64,000 nt of DNA from a virus (lineage: Duplodnaviria > Caudoviricetes), in IMG/VR virus record IMGVR_UViG_3300026541_000034, positions 3,257-67,256 of that record; one strand, written 5' to 3'. A program made the translations under genes and the position numbers. Below are positions 44,963 through 54,089 of the stretch, piece after piece. Under the pieces are notes generated by a model. The model saw only the letters and a list, made by a program, of their open reading frames with translations. It had not been told where the DNA came from and made no database searches. Within the stretch, counting starts at the first letter, position 1; each line of letters starts with the position of its first letter.

Positions 44963-45382
44963 TCATCTCCTCATTCTCGTAGCTTCGACTACGCGGGATA
45001 GGATCGGCTTGATTTGTTTCGGATGCAAGCCCCCTGCATAGAGTTCGCTCCATGCCCAGGCGAAGGCTTCTCTTCGGTCAGTATTTGCCCACCATTCTTG
45101 ATCGCCCAATCCTTCATACCATTCATTGAATACGTCTTCATGAGGGGTGCGGATTTCTGATGAGGATACATCTGCTATGACCTTGGCTTCTCCGTAATGT
45201 TGAAGATGCCTGCATGGTTTGCACTTGTCCCAGTATCGGAAATGATTACGTCCCGGTTTAGGTATGAAGCCAACCGGGTGTTGATAGCGCTTCATGGTTT
45301 GATGACATTTAGGACATTCATTGCCATCTCCATCGCAGATGCTTTTGCTCATTCGCTCGTTCGATTCATTTTTCGTTGTCAC
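44963..45382 (-). CDS. Hypothetical protein with zinc-ribbon motif
   Basis: CPKCH..WDKCKPC. Confidence 0.65.
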   Translation of the reverse strand: MTTKNESNERMSKSICDGDGNECPKCHQTMKRYQHPVGFIPKPGRNHFRYWDKCKPCRHLQHYGEAKVIADVSSSEIRTPHEDVFNEWYEGLGDQEWWANTDRREAFAWAWSELYAGGLHPKQIKPILSRVVEATRMRR

Positions 45383-45746
45383 TCCAAATTTCTCGCATTA
45401 CGCCGTTGATCAATTCACCGAGCGCTTGCATTGTTTTCTCACCGTGCTCTCCGAGTTTCTCAGCGATATACCCTGGATGCAAATTTTTAGTGGGGCTCGT
45501 AAGCGCAAATCCGAAAGAGCCGCGTCTCATCAGCGATACGAATAAATCATTATCGGCTTTGATGCCGAAATATAGGTGTCCGAATTTGCGAGGGGATAGC
45601 GTAAATAGGATATCGTAATGGGTGTAGTGAGTATCGCTCCAGCCAATGATGCAGCATTTATTTTTAATCAATTCCGCTGCAATTGCCCTGTAGGTGTCCG
45701 ATCCATTATTGACCTGATGGTAATCATCAAAATTTGGGCATGTCAC
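45366..45746 (-). CDS. Hypothetical protein, paralog of 43664-44035
   Basis: Protein similarity plus a 20-nt identity at 43685-43704 / 45393-45412. Confidence 0.75.
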   Translation of the reverse strand: MTCPNFDDYHQVNNGSDTYRAIAAELIKNKCCIIGWSDTHYTHYDILFTLSPRKFGHLYFGIKADNDLFVSLMRRGSFGFALTSPTKNLHPGYIAEKLGEHGEKTMQALGELINGVMREIWSDNEK

Positions 45747-46233
45747 TTTTCTGTCTCTCCTTTGAGGTCTCTGTAACCAAGGATTTTATTTCAGCAATTG
45801 CGTCTTTATTCCAAATACATCCAGAGGCACAATCCCATCCATGATACCATAAGAAAGAAGGACCCTCTAAGCGGCGCGACCAAATGTAAGGTGCAATGAT
45901 TATGCCTTGGAATGCCTCTGCTACTGCAATCCAATCGATTAATTTTATGTCAATGATTGAGTTGGGAAATGACTCGACGCTGAATTTTTCGTGAAAATCA
46001 TCTAGTTCTTCTGCGCTTTTAAGCCAAAGTATATTTGCATCTGATTGCAATTTAATTTCAGTAATGCAGTCAAGACATCCGAAGTCATTATCAGTACACC
46101 ACTCCTTCCAATCATCGTCGCCCTCAATTGAGATCCATAAACCTTTTGGCTTCAAAGATGTTCCTTGATCCTTAGCAGGAGTAGACCACACTTCAGTCAG
46201 GTGTCCTGCGCCATAATGTAGAAATCGACTCAT
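45727..46233 (-). CDS. Conserved phage protein with KPxGLW / GWDCASGCIW motifs (possible ADP-ribosyltransferase-like fold)
   Basis: Motifs seen in translation; fold assignment is inference. Confidence 0.6.
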   Translation of the reverse strand: MSRFLHYGAGHLTEVWSTPAKDQGTSLKPKGLWISIEGDDDWKEWCTDNDFGCLDCITEIKLQSDANILWLKSAEELDDFHEKFSVESFPNSIIDIKLIDWIAVAEAFQGIIIAPYIWSRRLEGPSFLWYHGWDCASGCIWNKDAIAEIKSLVTETSKERQKSDMPKF

Positions 46234-46296
46234 GGTTGAAATCCTAACATTATCCGCCCCCTTATCCACCGTGAACGGAGAGTGATCGAAATAAGG

Positions 46297-46545
46297 CACT
46301 TGGGCGCACTTGGGCGCAGAATCGACGGTTGCGCCCAAGAGGATTACTTGGGCGCACCTTGGGCGTTCACATTCCGTTCACCGCACATAATAAGGGTTTG
46401 TCCAGCCGCATCAACACCTTGAAAAGCCGCAAGAAACCATATAGTACAACGGTTACTTAATGGGGCGTAGCGGCTAAGTATCATCCGAATTCTTCTGTAC
46501 TTTCAATGACTTGAAGACCATCGCTTGGGCGCATGTTGGGCGCAT
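46297..46545. other. attP region with integrase arm-type repeats
   Basis: Seven TTGGGCG(CA) copies: 46297, 46307, 46330 (inverted), 46346, 46358, 46524, 46535. Confidence 0.75.
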
Positions 46546-47740
46546 ACAGGTTTTTGGCGCTCTTTTGATTGAGGGTTTTCATGATCAAATCCGTCGCATC
46601 CCTGGCATTTACCAAATGGTTAGGCGAGAAGCTTTCATACCATTCCTCGGTGGTGCGATGATCGGGATCTGTGTGCCCCATCCACGCAGCGCGCTCCTCT
46701 CTCGACACCGGCATTCCTTGCAATGATCTTGTCCGTGTCGCCATATAATGGCGCAGCGTATACGGCACGAATTCCGGCATTCCGACTTTGGCCGTGATCT
46801 TTTTGAAGGTCTTATTGTTGATCGTTATGATCGCGCGCCTTCCATAAAAAATAGGGCGGTCCACGTCCCAGTCGAGATACCAGCCGCGCAGATTATCGGT
46901 CAGTCTTATCTTCGGGCGGATCTTTTTTGTCTGCACCCGTCCAGGCGGATTCAGGTCGATAATGCCGCGCTCAAAATCAACCTGGTTGTTGATGCTGAGT
47001 TCTATGTTTGCTTCCGGACGCGCCCACGTATTCAGCGCCTGAATGACAAAGCGGAAAATGTGCTCATGCTCGATGGCGTTGATGAATTTTACCAACTGGC
47101 TGTCGTTCGGTATCCACTCACGCCGGCTTGGCCGGGGCTGGTTGGTGACTTTGCAAATCAAATCTATTTTGCAATGAATGATGTGCGTGCGGTTCAAGAT
47201 CACAACCTCACGCTCCTCGCCCTTGCTGTCATAAATCAGGTAGGGATCGATGGCGCGCGCCATGGCCGCTTTGATGGTTGATAGATAGGTGTAGATCGTT
47301 TTTGCCTTGAAGCCATGTTCATCGCTGCACCACTTCATGAAGGCGCGCTGTCTGGCCAGGGTAAAGTCGGCAACCTTGGGCGCTGCCGACACGGTCTTTA
47401 GGTATTCATTGACCAGAGTGCAGGCGCGACCGGCTGCGCCGCTGGCGCGGATGCCGTTGCCGTGGCTGTCCATGTAGAATTTTAGAACTTGCGCCATCAA
47501 AACCGCTTCCGGCGATAGCGGCTCATTCTCTGGCTCGCCGTAAACAATGGCAATAAGAAGGTCTTTGGCTTCTTCTAGGTCACTGGTTCCAAGAGACGCA
47601 CGGCGCGTGCGTCTAAGTCCGGGGTCATACCAATAACGGTAGAAGTTTTCCGAGCCTTCCTTTTGTTCGAGCCATTGACCTTTAACTTCGAGGATACGTC
47701 CATTTTCCTGGACTGGCCCGCCAGTTCGTTTTTTCCGCAT
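46481..47740 (-). CDS. int: Tyrosine recombinase / integrase
   Basis: WARPEA (R), YTLRHYMATR, MGH and terminal Y motifs. Confidence 0.92.
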   Translation of the reverse strand: MRKKRTGGPVQENGRILEVKGQWLEQKEGSENFYRYWYDPGLRRTRRASLGTSDLEEAKDLLIAIVYGEPENEPLSPEAVLMAQVLKFYMDSHGNGIRASGAAGRACTLVNEYLKTVSAAPKVADFTLARQRAFMKWCSDEHGFKAKTIYTYLSTIKAAMARAIDPYLIYDSKGEEREVVILNRTHIIHCKIDLICKVTNQPRPSRREWIPNDSQLVKFINAIEHEHIFRFVIQALNTWARPEANIELSINNQVDFERGIIDLNPPGRVQTKKIRPKIRLTDNLRGWYLDWDVDRPIFYGRRAIITINNKTFKKITAKVGMPEFVPYTLRHYMATRTRSLQGMPVSREERAAWMGHTDPDHRTTEEWYESFSPNHLVNARDATDLIMKTLNQKSAKNLYAPNMRPSDGLQVIESTEEFG

Positions 47741-47940
47741 AGTTTTTTCCTGTGCCGATTGATGTATGTAATGAGCTGCGCTTGTGTATAGAAGGCGCCC
47801 TTCTTCATCTCGAAGAATTCTATTTCACCGCGTTGGCGGGCGCTGCGCAATTCTTTTTCGGCGAACAGGTCGGAATATTTTTTCAAAACGACTTTCTCGG
47901 GGATGAGATCGTCAATTGATAGTAACTCGGTACTGAGCAT
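47575..47940 (-). CDS. Excisionase-like DNA-binding protein overlapping the int start
   Basis: Winged-helix-like LRSARQRGEIEF..YTQAQL; position. Confidence 0.6.
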   Translation of the reverse strand: MLSTELLSIDDLIPEKVVLKKYSDLFAEKELRSARQRGEIEFFEMKKGAFYTQAQLITYINRHRKKLCGKNELAGQSRKMDVSSKLKVNGSNKRKARKTSTVIGMTPDLDARAVRLLEPVT

Positions 47941-47944
47941 CAGT

Positions 47945-48244
47945 TTAACTTTTATCTTCGTTAAAAAGTTTGTCCAGGCGCTCATTTGCGCGGGCGATCA
48001 TTGCGGTGCGCTCTGATGTTTCGTCCTCAAAGTAGCAGTCCACGTATGGGGTGTTGTCGCGGTTGCCGTTATTGCGAAACTTTCCTCCAAATCCTAGTAA
48101 GCTGTTGAGCCTATATTCCCCGCAGCCTTCTCTTTGAATAGAGAATTCAAAGAAATCCCTGTGATCTAGCGGTGGCATGCCGCACTCTTCTTGTAAGATA
48201 ATGCGAATGGCTTTTGCTTTTTCTGCGTCTATAAATCTATTCAT
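47945..48244 (-). CDS. Conserved hypothetical phage protein
   Basis: EYRL...LGFGGKF..YVDCY.EDET.ER. Confidence 0.7.
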   Translation of the reverse strand: MNRFIDAEKAKAIRIILQEECGMPPLDHRDFFEFSIQREGCGEYRLNSLLGFGGKFRNNGNRDNTPYVDCYFEDETSERTAMIARANERLDKLFNEDKS

Positions 48245-48245
48245 T

Positions 48246-48458
48246 TCACACAAGCTCTTTTTCAATCGCCAGCCATTCGGGCAACGTGACGGTGATGCAG
48301 CCAATGTGCCCATGATATTCAATCTCAATCTGCGGCTTCGGCAGCCAAACACTTTCCTTTTCTTCGTAAGGATTGGCTATGAGTATGGCGTCGTCAGTTT
48401 CGCCAATGTAATCAAATTCCAACTCGATCAGGTTTAATTTTCGTGCAATGTCGTTCAT
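48246..48458 (-). CDS. Small phage protein
   Basis: ETDDAIL..VWLPK.QIE..TLPEWLA.EK.L. Confidence 0.75.
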   Translation of the reverse strand: MNDIARKLNLIELEFDYIGETDDAILIANPYEEKESVWLPKPQIEIEYHGHIGCITVTLPEWLAIEKELV

Positions 48459-48652
48459 GATTTCTCGTCCTTTTGAATGAAGCGCTCTTCGACATAAAGT
48501 GATGGATACTTGTGCCGGTGCGTAAAGCGCGGATCGCGGTAATGCGGCGGCTGCTTCATCGGGCCGGCGAAAGGATAGTTCACGCGGTCGCAGAGATTGC
48601 CATCGGCTGGGATTGCTGGTTCGTCGGCGGGATGGGTATATTTCGACTTCAT
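48455..48652 (-). CDS. Hypothetical protein
   Basis: Coupled ORF. Confidence 0.5.
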   Translation of the reverse strand: MKSKYTHPADEPAIPADGNLCDRVNYPFAGPMKQPPHYRDPRFTHRHKYPSLYVEERFIQKDEKS

Positions 48653-49092
48653 TGGATGATCTCCAGCTCTGCGCCAAACTTGTGCACGAAGCGGCCGCGC
48701 TCATTGATTGTGACTTTGCGGTAAGGATCTCGTCCCTCGCCATCCAGTTCGCACAACTTGCGGTCCAGCAAACATTGCAAAGTAGGAAAGCCACAGACGC
48801 GCCAGACAACATCAGGTGGTCCGTATGCATCGTAGAACGGCGGGTAGTATATGGATCTGGATAAAAACCAGCGTTCGCTCAGTGTTTTAAGGGCGAAACG
48901 TTGTATGCCTGACAAGGCTTCCCATGTCGCTTGCGCGCCAGTTATCCCAAGGCGAATGTCGCGCAACTTAGCGTTCAGCTCGTCAACAAGATCCTGCCGC
49001 CCGGCATGTTGCAATTCCCGGCGGACGCGCTCCATTTGCCGCTCGCCTTGTCTGTCCAGCTCTTGCAGGACGTCATAGTCACGCTCAATCAT
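48649..49092 (-). CDS. Hypothetical protein
   Basis: Coupled ORF, 147 aa. Confidence 0.6.
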   Translation of the reverse strand: MIERDYDVLQELDRQGERQMERVRRELQHAGRQDLVDELNAKLRDIRLGITGAQATWEALSGIQRFALKTLSERWFLSRSIYYPPFYDAYGPPDVVWRVCGFPTLQCLLDRKLCELDGEGRDPYRKVTINERGRFVHKFGAELEIIQ

Positions 49093-49274
49093 AGCACCCG
49101 CTCCGCGTTGACCTTTGTGCGGTAGTCGCGAATAATCGCTTGTTGGATTGCCATCTGGTTGCTCAGCCAGGTTTTTGATATTCCACCTTCGATTTGTTCT
49201 TCGCGATTGTTTTCCATTGCGTTGAAGGTTAAAATTGCAGTGTCCAGTTTCTGCGTGTTCGTGATATTGCTCAT
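49089..49274 (-). CDS. Hypothetical protein
   Basis: Coupled ORF; start uncertain. Confidence 0.5.
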   Translation of the reverse strand: MSNITNTQKLDTAILTFNAMENNREEQIEGGISKTWLSNQMAIQQAIIRDYRTKVNAERVL

Positions 49275-49284
49275 GCCCATCCCT

Positions 49285-49695
49285 TTATGCCCAATAAATG
49301 ACGCCACCGACGTGACGCCCCCAGACCAGTGTCATCTCGGCGAAGTCATCACGCGCCGCCCATAGGTCGCGCGCAAACTGCAAGCAGTCGATGCCGCGCT
49401 CTGCAAACCATCTGATTTCATTCAATGAAGCTTCGCGCTCGATGGCGTTGTGAGCAACCCGCGACATGGGGATCGCCCAGCGGTCGGAGCTGCGCATGGC
49501 CATGCCGCGCTCAAAGGTGTCTTGTTTCAGGTGGTGCGGATCGCTCGGCGCCGGTGCGGTGGTAATGCAGCAGCGAAGATTGCGGATGCTCACGAGGTGA
49601 GACTTGGAAATGCCTGTTCGAGGCTTGTGCTTGCGATTGCGGTGGCGGGAGGGCGCGGCCTTGAAGCGCGGCCCTGTGTGTTGGATAATGCTCAT
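49285..49695 (-). CDS. DUF968/Ref-like HNH-type nuclease
   Basis: H...IR.L.CC....SDPHH..SDRWAIP....H. Confidence 0.7.
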   Translation of the reverse strand: MSIIQHTGPRFKAAPSRHRNRKHKPRTGISKSHLVSIRNLRCCITTAPAPSDPHHLKQDTFERGMAMRSSDRWAIPMSRVAHNAIEREASLNEIRWFAERGIDCLQFARDLWAARDDFAEMTLVWGRHVGGVIYWA

Positions 49696-49892
49696 TCTTT
49701 GTGCTCTGCTGTTGCAAGAGCAATAGGAAGCCAGTCACGCAGATTTCCATTAGCGTCTGGATGCTGCGATCGAACAAACCTCCATAAAATATCATGAAGC
49801 TCGGAAATGTAATCAAACGGTTCGCTGTCGTGACTGATAAGCTCATCGCGTAGAAAGGCTTTTTCGCGAGGCTTCATTACGAGTCTTGTCAT
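49692..49892 (-). CDS. Hypothetical protein
   Basis: Coupled ORF. Confidence 0.5.
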   Translation of the reverse strand: MTRLVMKPREKAFLRDELISHDSEPFDYISELHDILWRFVRSQHPDANGNLRDWLPIALATAEHKE

Positions 49893-50434
49893 GCGCTCAT
49901 TCCTGCATTTGCTGAAAGGGAACCGCGCTTGACACTCAATAGGTCGTCCAGGAAGTCGAGAACATCTGATTTCGATTGTTGGAAATCAGCTCGGCCCATC
50001 GCCGGTATAGATTGAGACATTGCGGTGTAAACGCGCACGGTATTCTTTTCGATGGCCACGATTGCAAACTCGTCATGTTTCCGTGCAAAAGCCACGACTT
50101 TAAGAGCGTCGGCCTTGCGCCCAAGAACCATTGATTCTAAGTTGAACCATCTGGTTTTGATCAGGGCATATTTGCGAAGGTGTTCAGGCGACGCGAATTC
50201 TTGGGCATAGATTTCTGGTAGGTTTTTCCACGCTTCCCCGACGCTCGCAAAATAGTGCCCATGTGATTTAAAGGAACGCTCTTCGATCTCGCCCAAGCTG
50301 TATTGTTTGCCCTCTTCGAATTGCCGGACACAAACATTACGGAAGCGGCTGAGCGGAACCATTTTGCCATCGGCCCATTCAAAAATCACAGGAGTGATAG
50401 TGAATGAGCCGGGTTTGAGAGCGTGCTTCGACAT
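49889..50434 (-). CDS. NinB/DUF1367-like recombination protein
   Basis: RS..SH..YFA..EHLRK..SQS..M...F pattern. Confidence 0.55.
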   Translation of the reverse strand: MSKHALKPGSFTITPVIFEWADGKMVPLSRFRNVCVRQFEEGKQYSLGEIEERSFKSHGHYFASVGEAWKNLPEIYAQEFASPEHLRKYALIKTRWFNLESMVLGRKADALKVVAFARKHDEFAIVAIEKNTVRVYTAMSQSIPAMGRADFQQSKSDVLDFLDDLLSVKRGSLSANAGMSA

Positions 50435-50437
50435 GAC

Positions 50438-51112
50438 CTAGAACGGAATTTCGTCCTCTAGCTCTGCGCCATAGTTGACATCTGCCGGGGGAGCCACATC
50501 TAGCGGCGGCGACACAGCTAGCGGCGCTTGAGCATCACCATTCCACCCACTGCTCGCTTGCGCTGGCGCGGCCTGCTTCTGAACATTGAAATCTGGGATA
50601 TTCTCTCGCGGCACCCATTTCACGAGATCGAATTTTGGCTCGTAATTCGTGCCGTGTTGGCCGGGGATCGGTTCGACGCCCATGCTTTTGTAGATTGGGA
50701 CCATATGCTGGTTGCCCTGCAATTCCATTTCAAATTGCGCATACATATTGATAATGGCTGTCACAGTCGAATTGGCACAAGAGCAAAACTCACGAAGCCC
50801 AATTATGCCGTAGCCACCAGAAATTTGTGAATTGCCGAAGACATTGACTTCAAATCCCCGCTTAAATTTCCCTTCTGGTTGATCGGCCATCTCGGTTAAG
50901 CTTGGGTCCCATTTTTTTATGGGAGCACTGGCTGTCGGGAAACATAGCCAACCGGTTTTGATCTTGGCCATATCGAAAGCGAGAATGGGACTGACGATCT
51001 CGATTTCCATTGAGGCGTCTTTTGGTTTGACGTACCAACGGCCAGCTTTGGCATTGAATTTTATGAACGGCGTAAAGTCGCCGCCATCAGACGGATTCAG
51101 CATCAATGGCAT
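50438..51112 (-). CDS. Single-stranded DNA-binding protein
   Basis: Acidic C-terminal tail EDEIPF; recombination module position. Confidence 0.65.
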   Translation of the reverse strand: MPLMLNPSDGGDFTPFIKFNAKAGRWYVKPKDASMEIEIVSPILAFDMAKIKTGWLCFPTASAPIKKWDPSLTEMADQPEGKFKRGFEVNVFGNSQISGGYGIIGLREFCSCANSTVTAIINMYAQFEMELQGNQHMVPIYKSMGVEPIPGQHGTNYEPKFDLVKWVPRENIPDFNVQKQAAPAQASSGWNGDAQAPLAVSPPLDVAPPADVNYGAELEDEIPF

Positions 51113-51121
51113 TTTACTCTC

Positions 51122-51637
51122 CTACTTGATTGATAATCTGGTTGCTTGGTTGCTCAACTGAGCGCCGCGTATGACTTTGCCTTCTTTCAAAGCGATAAGA
51201 ATGGCTTTCTTGTCTGGCTCGCGTGTGGTTTTGATATACTTCTTTGGCAGTTGATCGACGTCGGCTTGACCGACGCTTGGCGGGTTCTTTTGGATTGCAC
51301 AAGTAATTCCGAAGCTGACAATTTTTGGTCTACTGAGATCATCCATGAGATAGAAAATAGCGGCGGTTTTTCGTCTCGCCCGATCGCTATGAAGTGCTTT
51401 TTTCTCTTGAAGTCTCTTTATAGTATCGGCAAGACCTGCAGCTATCGCCTTGTCCATGACGACGGTTTGTGCAATGCGTCCCACAGCCTCGTCCAGGCCG
51501 GTCTCACCGTCCACAGTATCGACAAGACACTCTTCGTCGTCAGCCAGCTCGGGGATCATCTCCAGTAGTCTGTCGCGGGTCAGGCGCCAGACTTGAGCTT
51601 CATAGGCGAGAGAGTTGCGTTTTCCATTCGTCTTCAT
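51122..51637 (-). CDS. Siphovirus Gp157 family protein
   Basis: KNPPSV..D...LP..Y......PDKKAI...LK.G..I.GA.L. Confidence 0.85.
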   Translation of the reverse strand: MKTNGKRNSLAYEAQVWRLTRDRLLEMIPELADDEECLVDTVDGETGLDEAVGRIAQTVVMDKAIAAGLADTIKRLQEKKALHSDRARRKTAAIFYLMDDLSRPKIVSFGITCAIQKNPPSVGQADVDQLPKKYIKTTREPDKKAILIALKEGKVIRGAQLSNQATRLSIK

Positions 51638-51765
51638 TTACCGTGTACCCACCAATTGATCACAATCCTAATAAACTCAATAGTTTCCCGTGTTGTCCAC
51701 AATGCAACCAAGCAAATCGGAACCATCAAAAGAAGAATTGGAATGAGATAAATGAGGTCTTTCAT
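51634..51765 (-). CDS. Small membrane peptide (43 aa)
   Basis: MKDLIYLIPILLLMVPICLVALW..; ATGA-coupled on both sides. Confidence 0.55.
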   Translation of the reverse strand: MKDLIYLIPILLLMVPICLVALWTTRETIEFIRIVINWWVHGK

Positions 51766-51854
51766 CTCTCACCTCCAAATTGCTCCCATGCCAGGCCGCC
51801 GAATACAACGATGAAGCCGGTCCATGCGATGACGTGGAACGCGATGTAGATCAT
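51762..51854 (-). CDS. Small membrane peptide (30 aa)
   Basis: MIYIAFHVIAWTGFIVVFGGLAW..; ATGA-coupled on both sides. Confidence 0.55.
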   Translation of the reverse strand: MIYIAFHVIAWTGFIVVFGGLAWEQFGGER

Positions 51855-52249
51855 TGCCGATACCTTTCGTCAGTATTGCACTCCAAATCATTGCGGCCAC
51901 GGTCCCAGCCATCCAAGTACATCAGTTGAGCAAAGGGCGGAAAGTAACAGGCTTTGTTGCGTTCAATGCCACTACTGCTTTCAACCCAGCCGACGACATA
52001 GGGATGTTTTGCCGTTCCATATGTCAGCGCTATAACTTCGAACTCTGAAGAGTTCGCAAGCAGGCAGTGACCATATTGCCTGAAGACTTCGCCGAGCATT
52101 AAGTCGGTTACACAAGGTTCAATTTGGTTCTGAGCCCATTTGTGCAATCCGCGCGCCAGCGCAAGCCTCAAATGTTTAGGATTGGATTTGAACCAATCAG
52201 CGAAATATGCTTCCGCTTGAAACTCACATATTCGCTGGTAAACCGTCAT
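51851..52249 (-). CDS. Hypothetical protein
   Basis: 132-aa ORF. Confidence 0.6.
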   Translation of the reverse strand: MTVYQRICEFQAEAYFADWFKSNPKHLRLALARGLHKWAQNQIEPCVTDLMLGEVFRQYGHCLLANSSEFEVIALTYGTAKHPYVVGWVESSSGIERNKACYFPPFAQLMYLDGWDRGRNDLECNTDERYRQ

Positions 52250-52430
52250 TTTCTAACTCGAACAATGCTCCTGAGCAGAAACGCTGGCGCCAAAGGCGAT
52301 CGGCCGACTTGACCAAAGCTTCGTGTCCTTTTCCGATGGCTTCACGCCAACGATTATACTCAGTGCTATAACGATAAGGGGATTTGCAATACGCCGAATG
52401 AGATGATTTTTTTTTGCGTTTTCGCGCCAT
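52224..52430 (-). CDS. Small basic protein
   Basis: MARKRKKK..; coupled ORF. Confidence 0.55.
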   Translation of the reverse strand: MARKRKKKSSHSAYCKSPYRYSTEYNRWREAIGKGHEALVKSADRLWRQRFCSGALFELENDGLPANM

Positions 52431-52810
52431 TACACAGCCTCGTTTACGTGCCAGTCAGGGCGAAGCTCTGCGTGTAAATATGTTTCGAGAAACGGCGGCA
52501 GCGGTAACTTAGAGCGCCTAATTTGGATTGCGACTTCGCAATACCAAAATGTTGCAAATGAACTGGAAACATCTATCCACACCCCATTTGCATACAGCCG
52601 AAGGATCATTACTGGGGCTCCGTAATAACCAATCATCAGATCCTTTAGGACTTTAGAGCGCCCGCCTTTATTCAAAATCTGCGAGGGCACAGCCATTTCA
52701 CCGTCACCCTGTCTCTCGACAACCAGATAAAAATCTTTTTCTGGCAAGAGATTCATATCCGAGTGCCCAATAGGCTTTTTCAGTTGCGCTATATTCGTGT
52801 CCATATTCAT
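52430..52810 (-). CDS. Hypothetical protein, first gene of the leftward operon
   Basis: 126-aa ORF, SD GAGGGG. Confidence 0.6.
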   Translation of the reverse strand: MNMDTNIAQLKKPIGHSDMNLLPEKDFYLVVERQGDGEMAVPSQILNKGGRSKVLKDLMIGYYGAPVMILRLYANGVWIDVSSSFATFWYCEVAIQIRRSKLPLPPFLETYLHAELRPDWHVNEAV

Positions 52811-52926
52811 TCCCCCCTCTGGCTGCAGCTCGTCCTTGGACGATCAAATAGGCCGCATACCAATCTGGAATTATCACAGCGAATCTCCTTTACGCATGAC
52901 TATGGAGATGATTGTTTCCCCGCCCA

Positions 52927-52956
52927 GTCCCGGCGACGCGCTACTATCGCCGGGAC
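52927..52956. promoter_or_regulatory. Perfect 10-bp hairpin in the leftward leader
   Basis: GTCCCGGCGA-N10-TCGCCGGGAC. Confidence 0.5.
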
Positions 52957-53000
52957 CGTGTGCAGGGAGGTAGCCTCTCAGATGGATAGCCCACCTAAGT

Positions 53001-53053
53001 TGCAATTACCTTTTTAAACAAACATTTTCTCCAAATCAAGCAAATTCTTTCCT
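53001..53053. promoter_or_regulatory. Putative left operators (AGCAA-N5-TTGCT-like)
   Basis: AGCAAATTCTTTCCT at 53039; TGCAATTACCTTTTT at 53001. Confidence 0.45.
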
Positions 53054-53093
53054 GAAACAGGAAAATGGAGAAAATCGTTGGATTACTTGGGGT

Positions 53094-53846
53094 TTAGAAG
53101 GACTTGAAAGCAAAAACAACACGCCCAATAACGTGTCCCTGCATATCTTTGTCGATAATATAGGAATCAAAAGCGGAATTTAAGGGAGTTAAACGAATCA
53201 CTTTGTTTCTGCCATCTTGAGAAACGACAGAGAACTGGCGGCATACAAGACGTGGCATCTTGTTCATGTGCGCAAAAACGTAACAGCCATTCGTTAGCTC
53301 AGCAGTTGGATCGTAAAGGACACGTATTCCATATGGAAGATCTGGAGCCATGGACTCATCTTCCATGGGAATAATTTGTCCGTATCTTATGCCATGTCCC
53401 TTCATGACCTGTCCTTCTTCTAAAAGAAGCTTCGTTTCAAGCTCTGTGAGGGGAGGGAACGCTATATTGAAAAGGCTATTTACGCTGAACGAATCACTTG
53501 TAAATTCCACCTCAGAATTCACAATACCACTTTGAGTAGAGTCTGGCTCTATAAATGCTCCATTTGTTTGGTCTGGGCACAGAGCAGCAACAAGTTCCTG
53601 TGGATGAAACAGGCCGAGGATCTCATGTTTTTGAATTGGCGGCGTGCCGTTCCCAAGAAAAGCGCGGATTAATTGCTCTTCGATTCGCGGGGGCAGGTAA
53701 TCAGATGAGAATTTTAATTCGTAATACCGGTAGTTGCTATCCAGCTTAAAGCCGCCTTTCTCGGCGACTTCTCTTTGTGTGATTTGACGACTTCTCCGCA
53801 AGTTTTTAAGGCGTGTGCGTGCGAACGTTTCCGAATCTTTTTGCAT
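53094..53846 (-). CDS. CI-like repressor (XRE HTH plus S24 peptidase-like domain)
   Basis: RLKNLRRSRQITQREVA..YRYYE; DESMAP..G.RVLYDP..LTPLNSAF. Confidence 0.88.
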   Translation of the reverse strand: MQKDSETFARTRLKNLRRSRQITQREVAEKGGFKLDSNYRYYELKFSSDYLPPRIEEQLIRAFLGNGTPPIQKHEILGLFHPQELVAALCPDQTNGAFIEPDSTQSGIVNSEVEFTSDSFSVNSLFNIAFPPLTELETKLLLEEGQVMKGHGIRYGQIIPMEDESMAPDLPYGIRVLYDPTAELTNGCYVFAHMNKMPRLVCRQFSVVSQDGRNKVIRLTPLNSAFDSYIIDKDMQGHVIGRVVFAFKSF

Positions 53847-53862
53847 TTTCAAATTATCGCAT

Positions 53863-53948
53863 AGCAAAAACATTCCGACAATGAAAAAATAATTGCTAAA
53901 ACGGGAAAGCTGTGTTACTCGTTTTCCTCTAATAGCAAAAAGATTGCT
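53863..53948. promoter_or_regulatory. Putative right operators (AGCAA-N5-TTGCT)
   Basis: AGCAAAAACATTCCG 53863, GAAAAAATAATTGCT 53883, AGCAAAAAGATTGCT 53934. Confidence 0.55.
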
Positions 53949-54089
53949 GATGCAATGCGGCCAGTCGCCGTTGTATTGAATCGTCCGCGCGGCTTGGCCC
54001 CCCGCCCGCTGCCGCGCTGATGGCCCCAGACCGCCACCGCTTAAATGGTCTGGGGCACCATTTTGTAACCCCAGTATGAGGAAAGTCCC

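Noticed and set aside
46297-46365. Mini-CRISPR or VNTR
   Set aside because: The 8-10 bp units in mixed orientation with partners inside int fit arm-type sites better.
46461-46471. tRNA gene
   Set aside because: Only 11 nt resemble a tRNA 5' end and no cloverleaf follows; no tRNA was recognised anywhere in the window.
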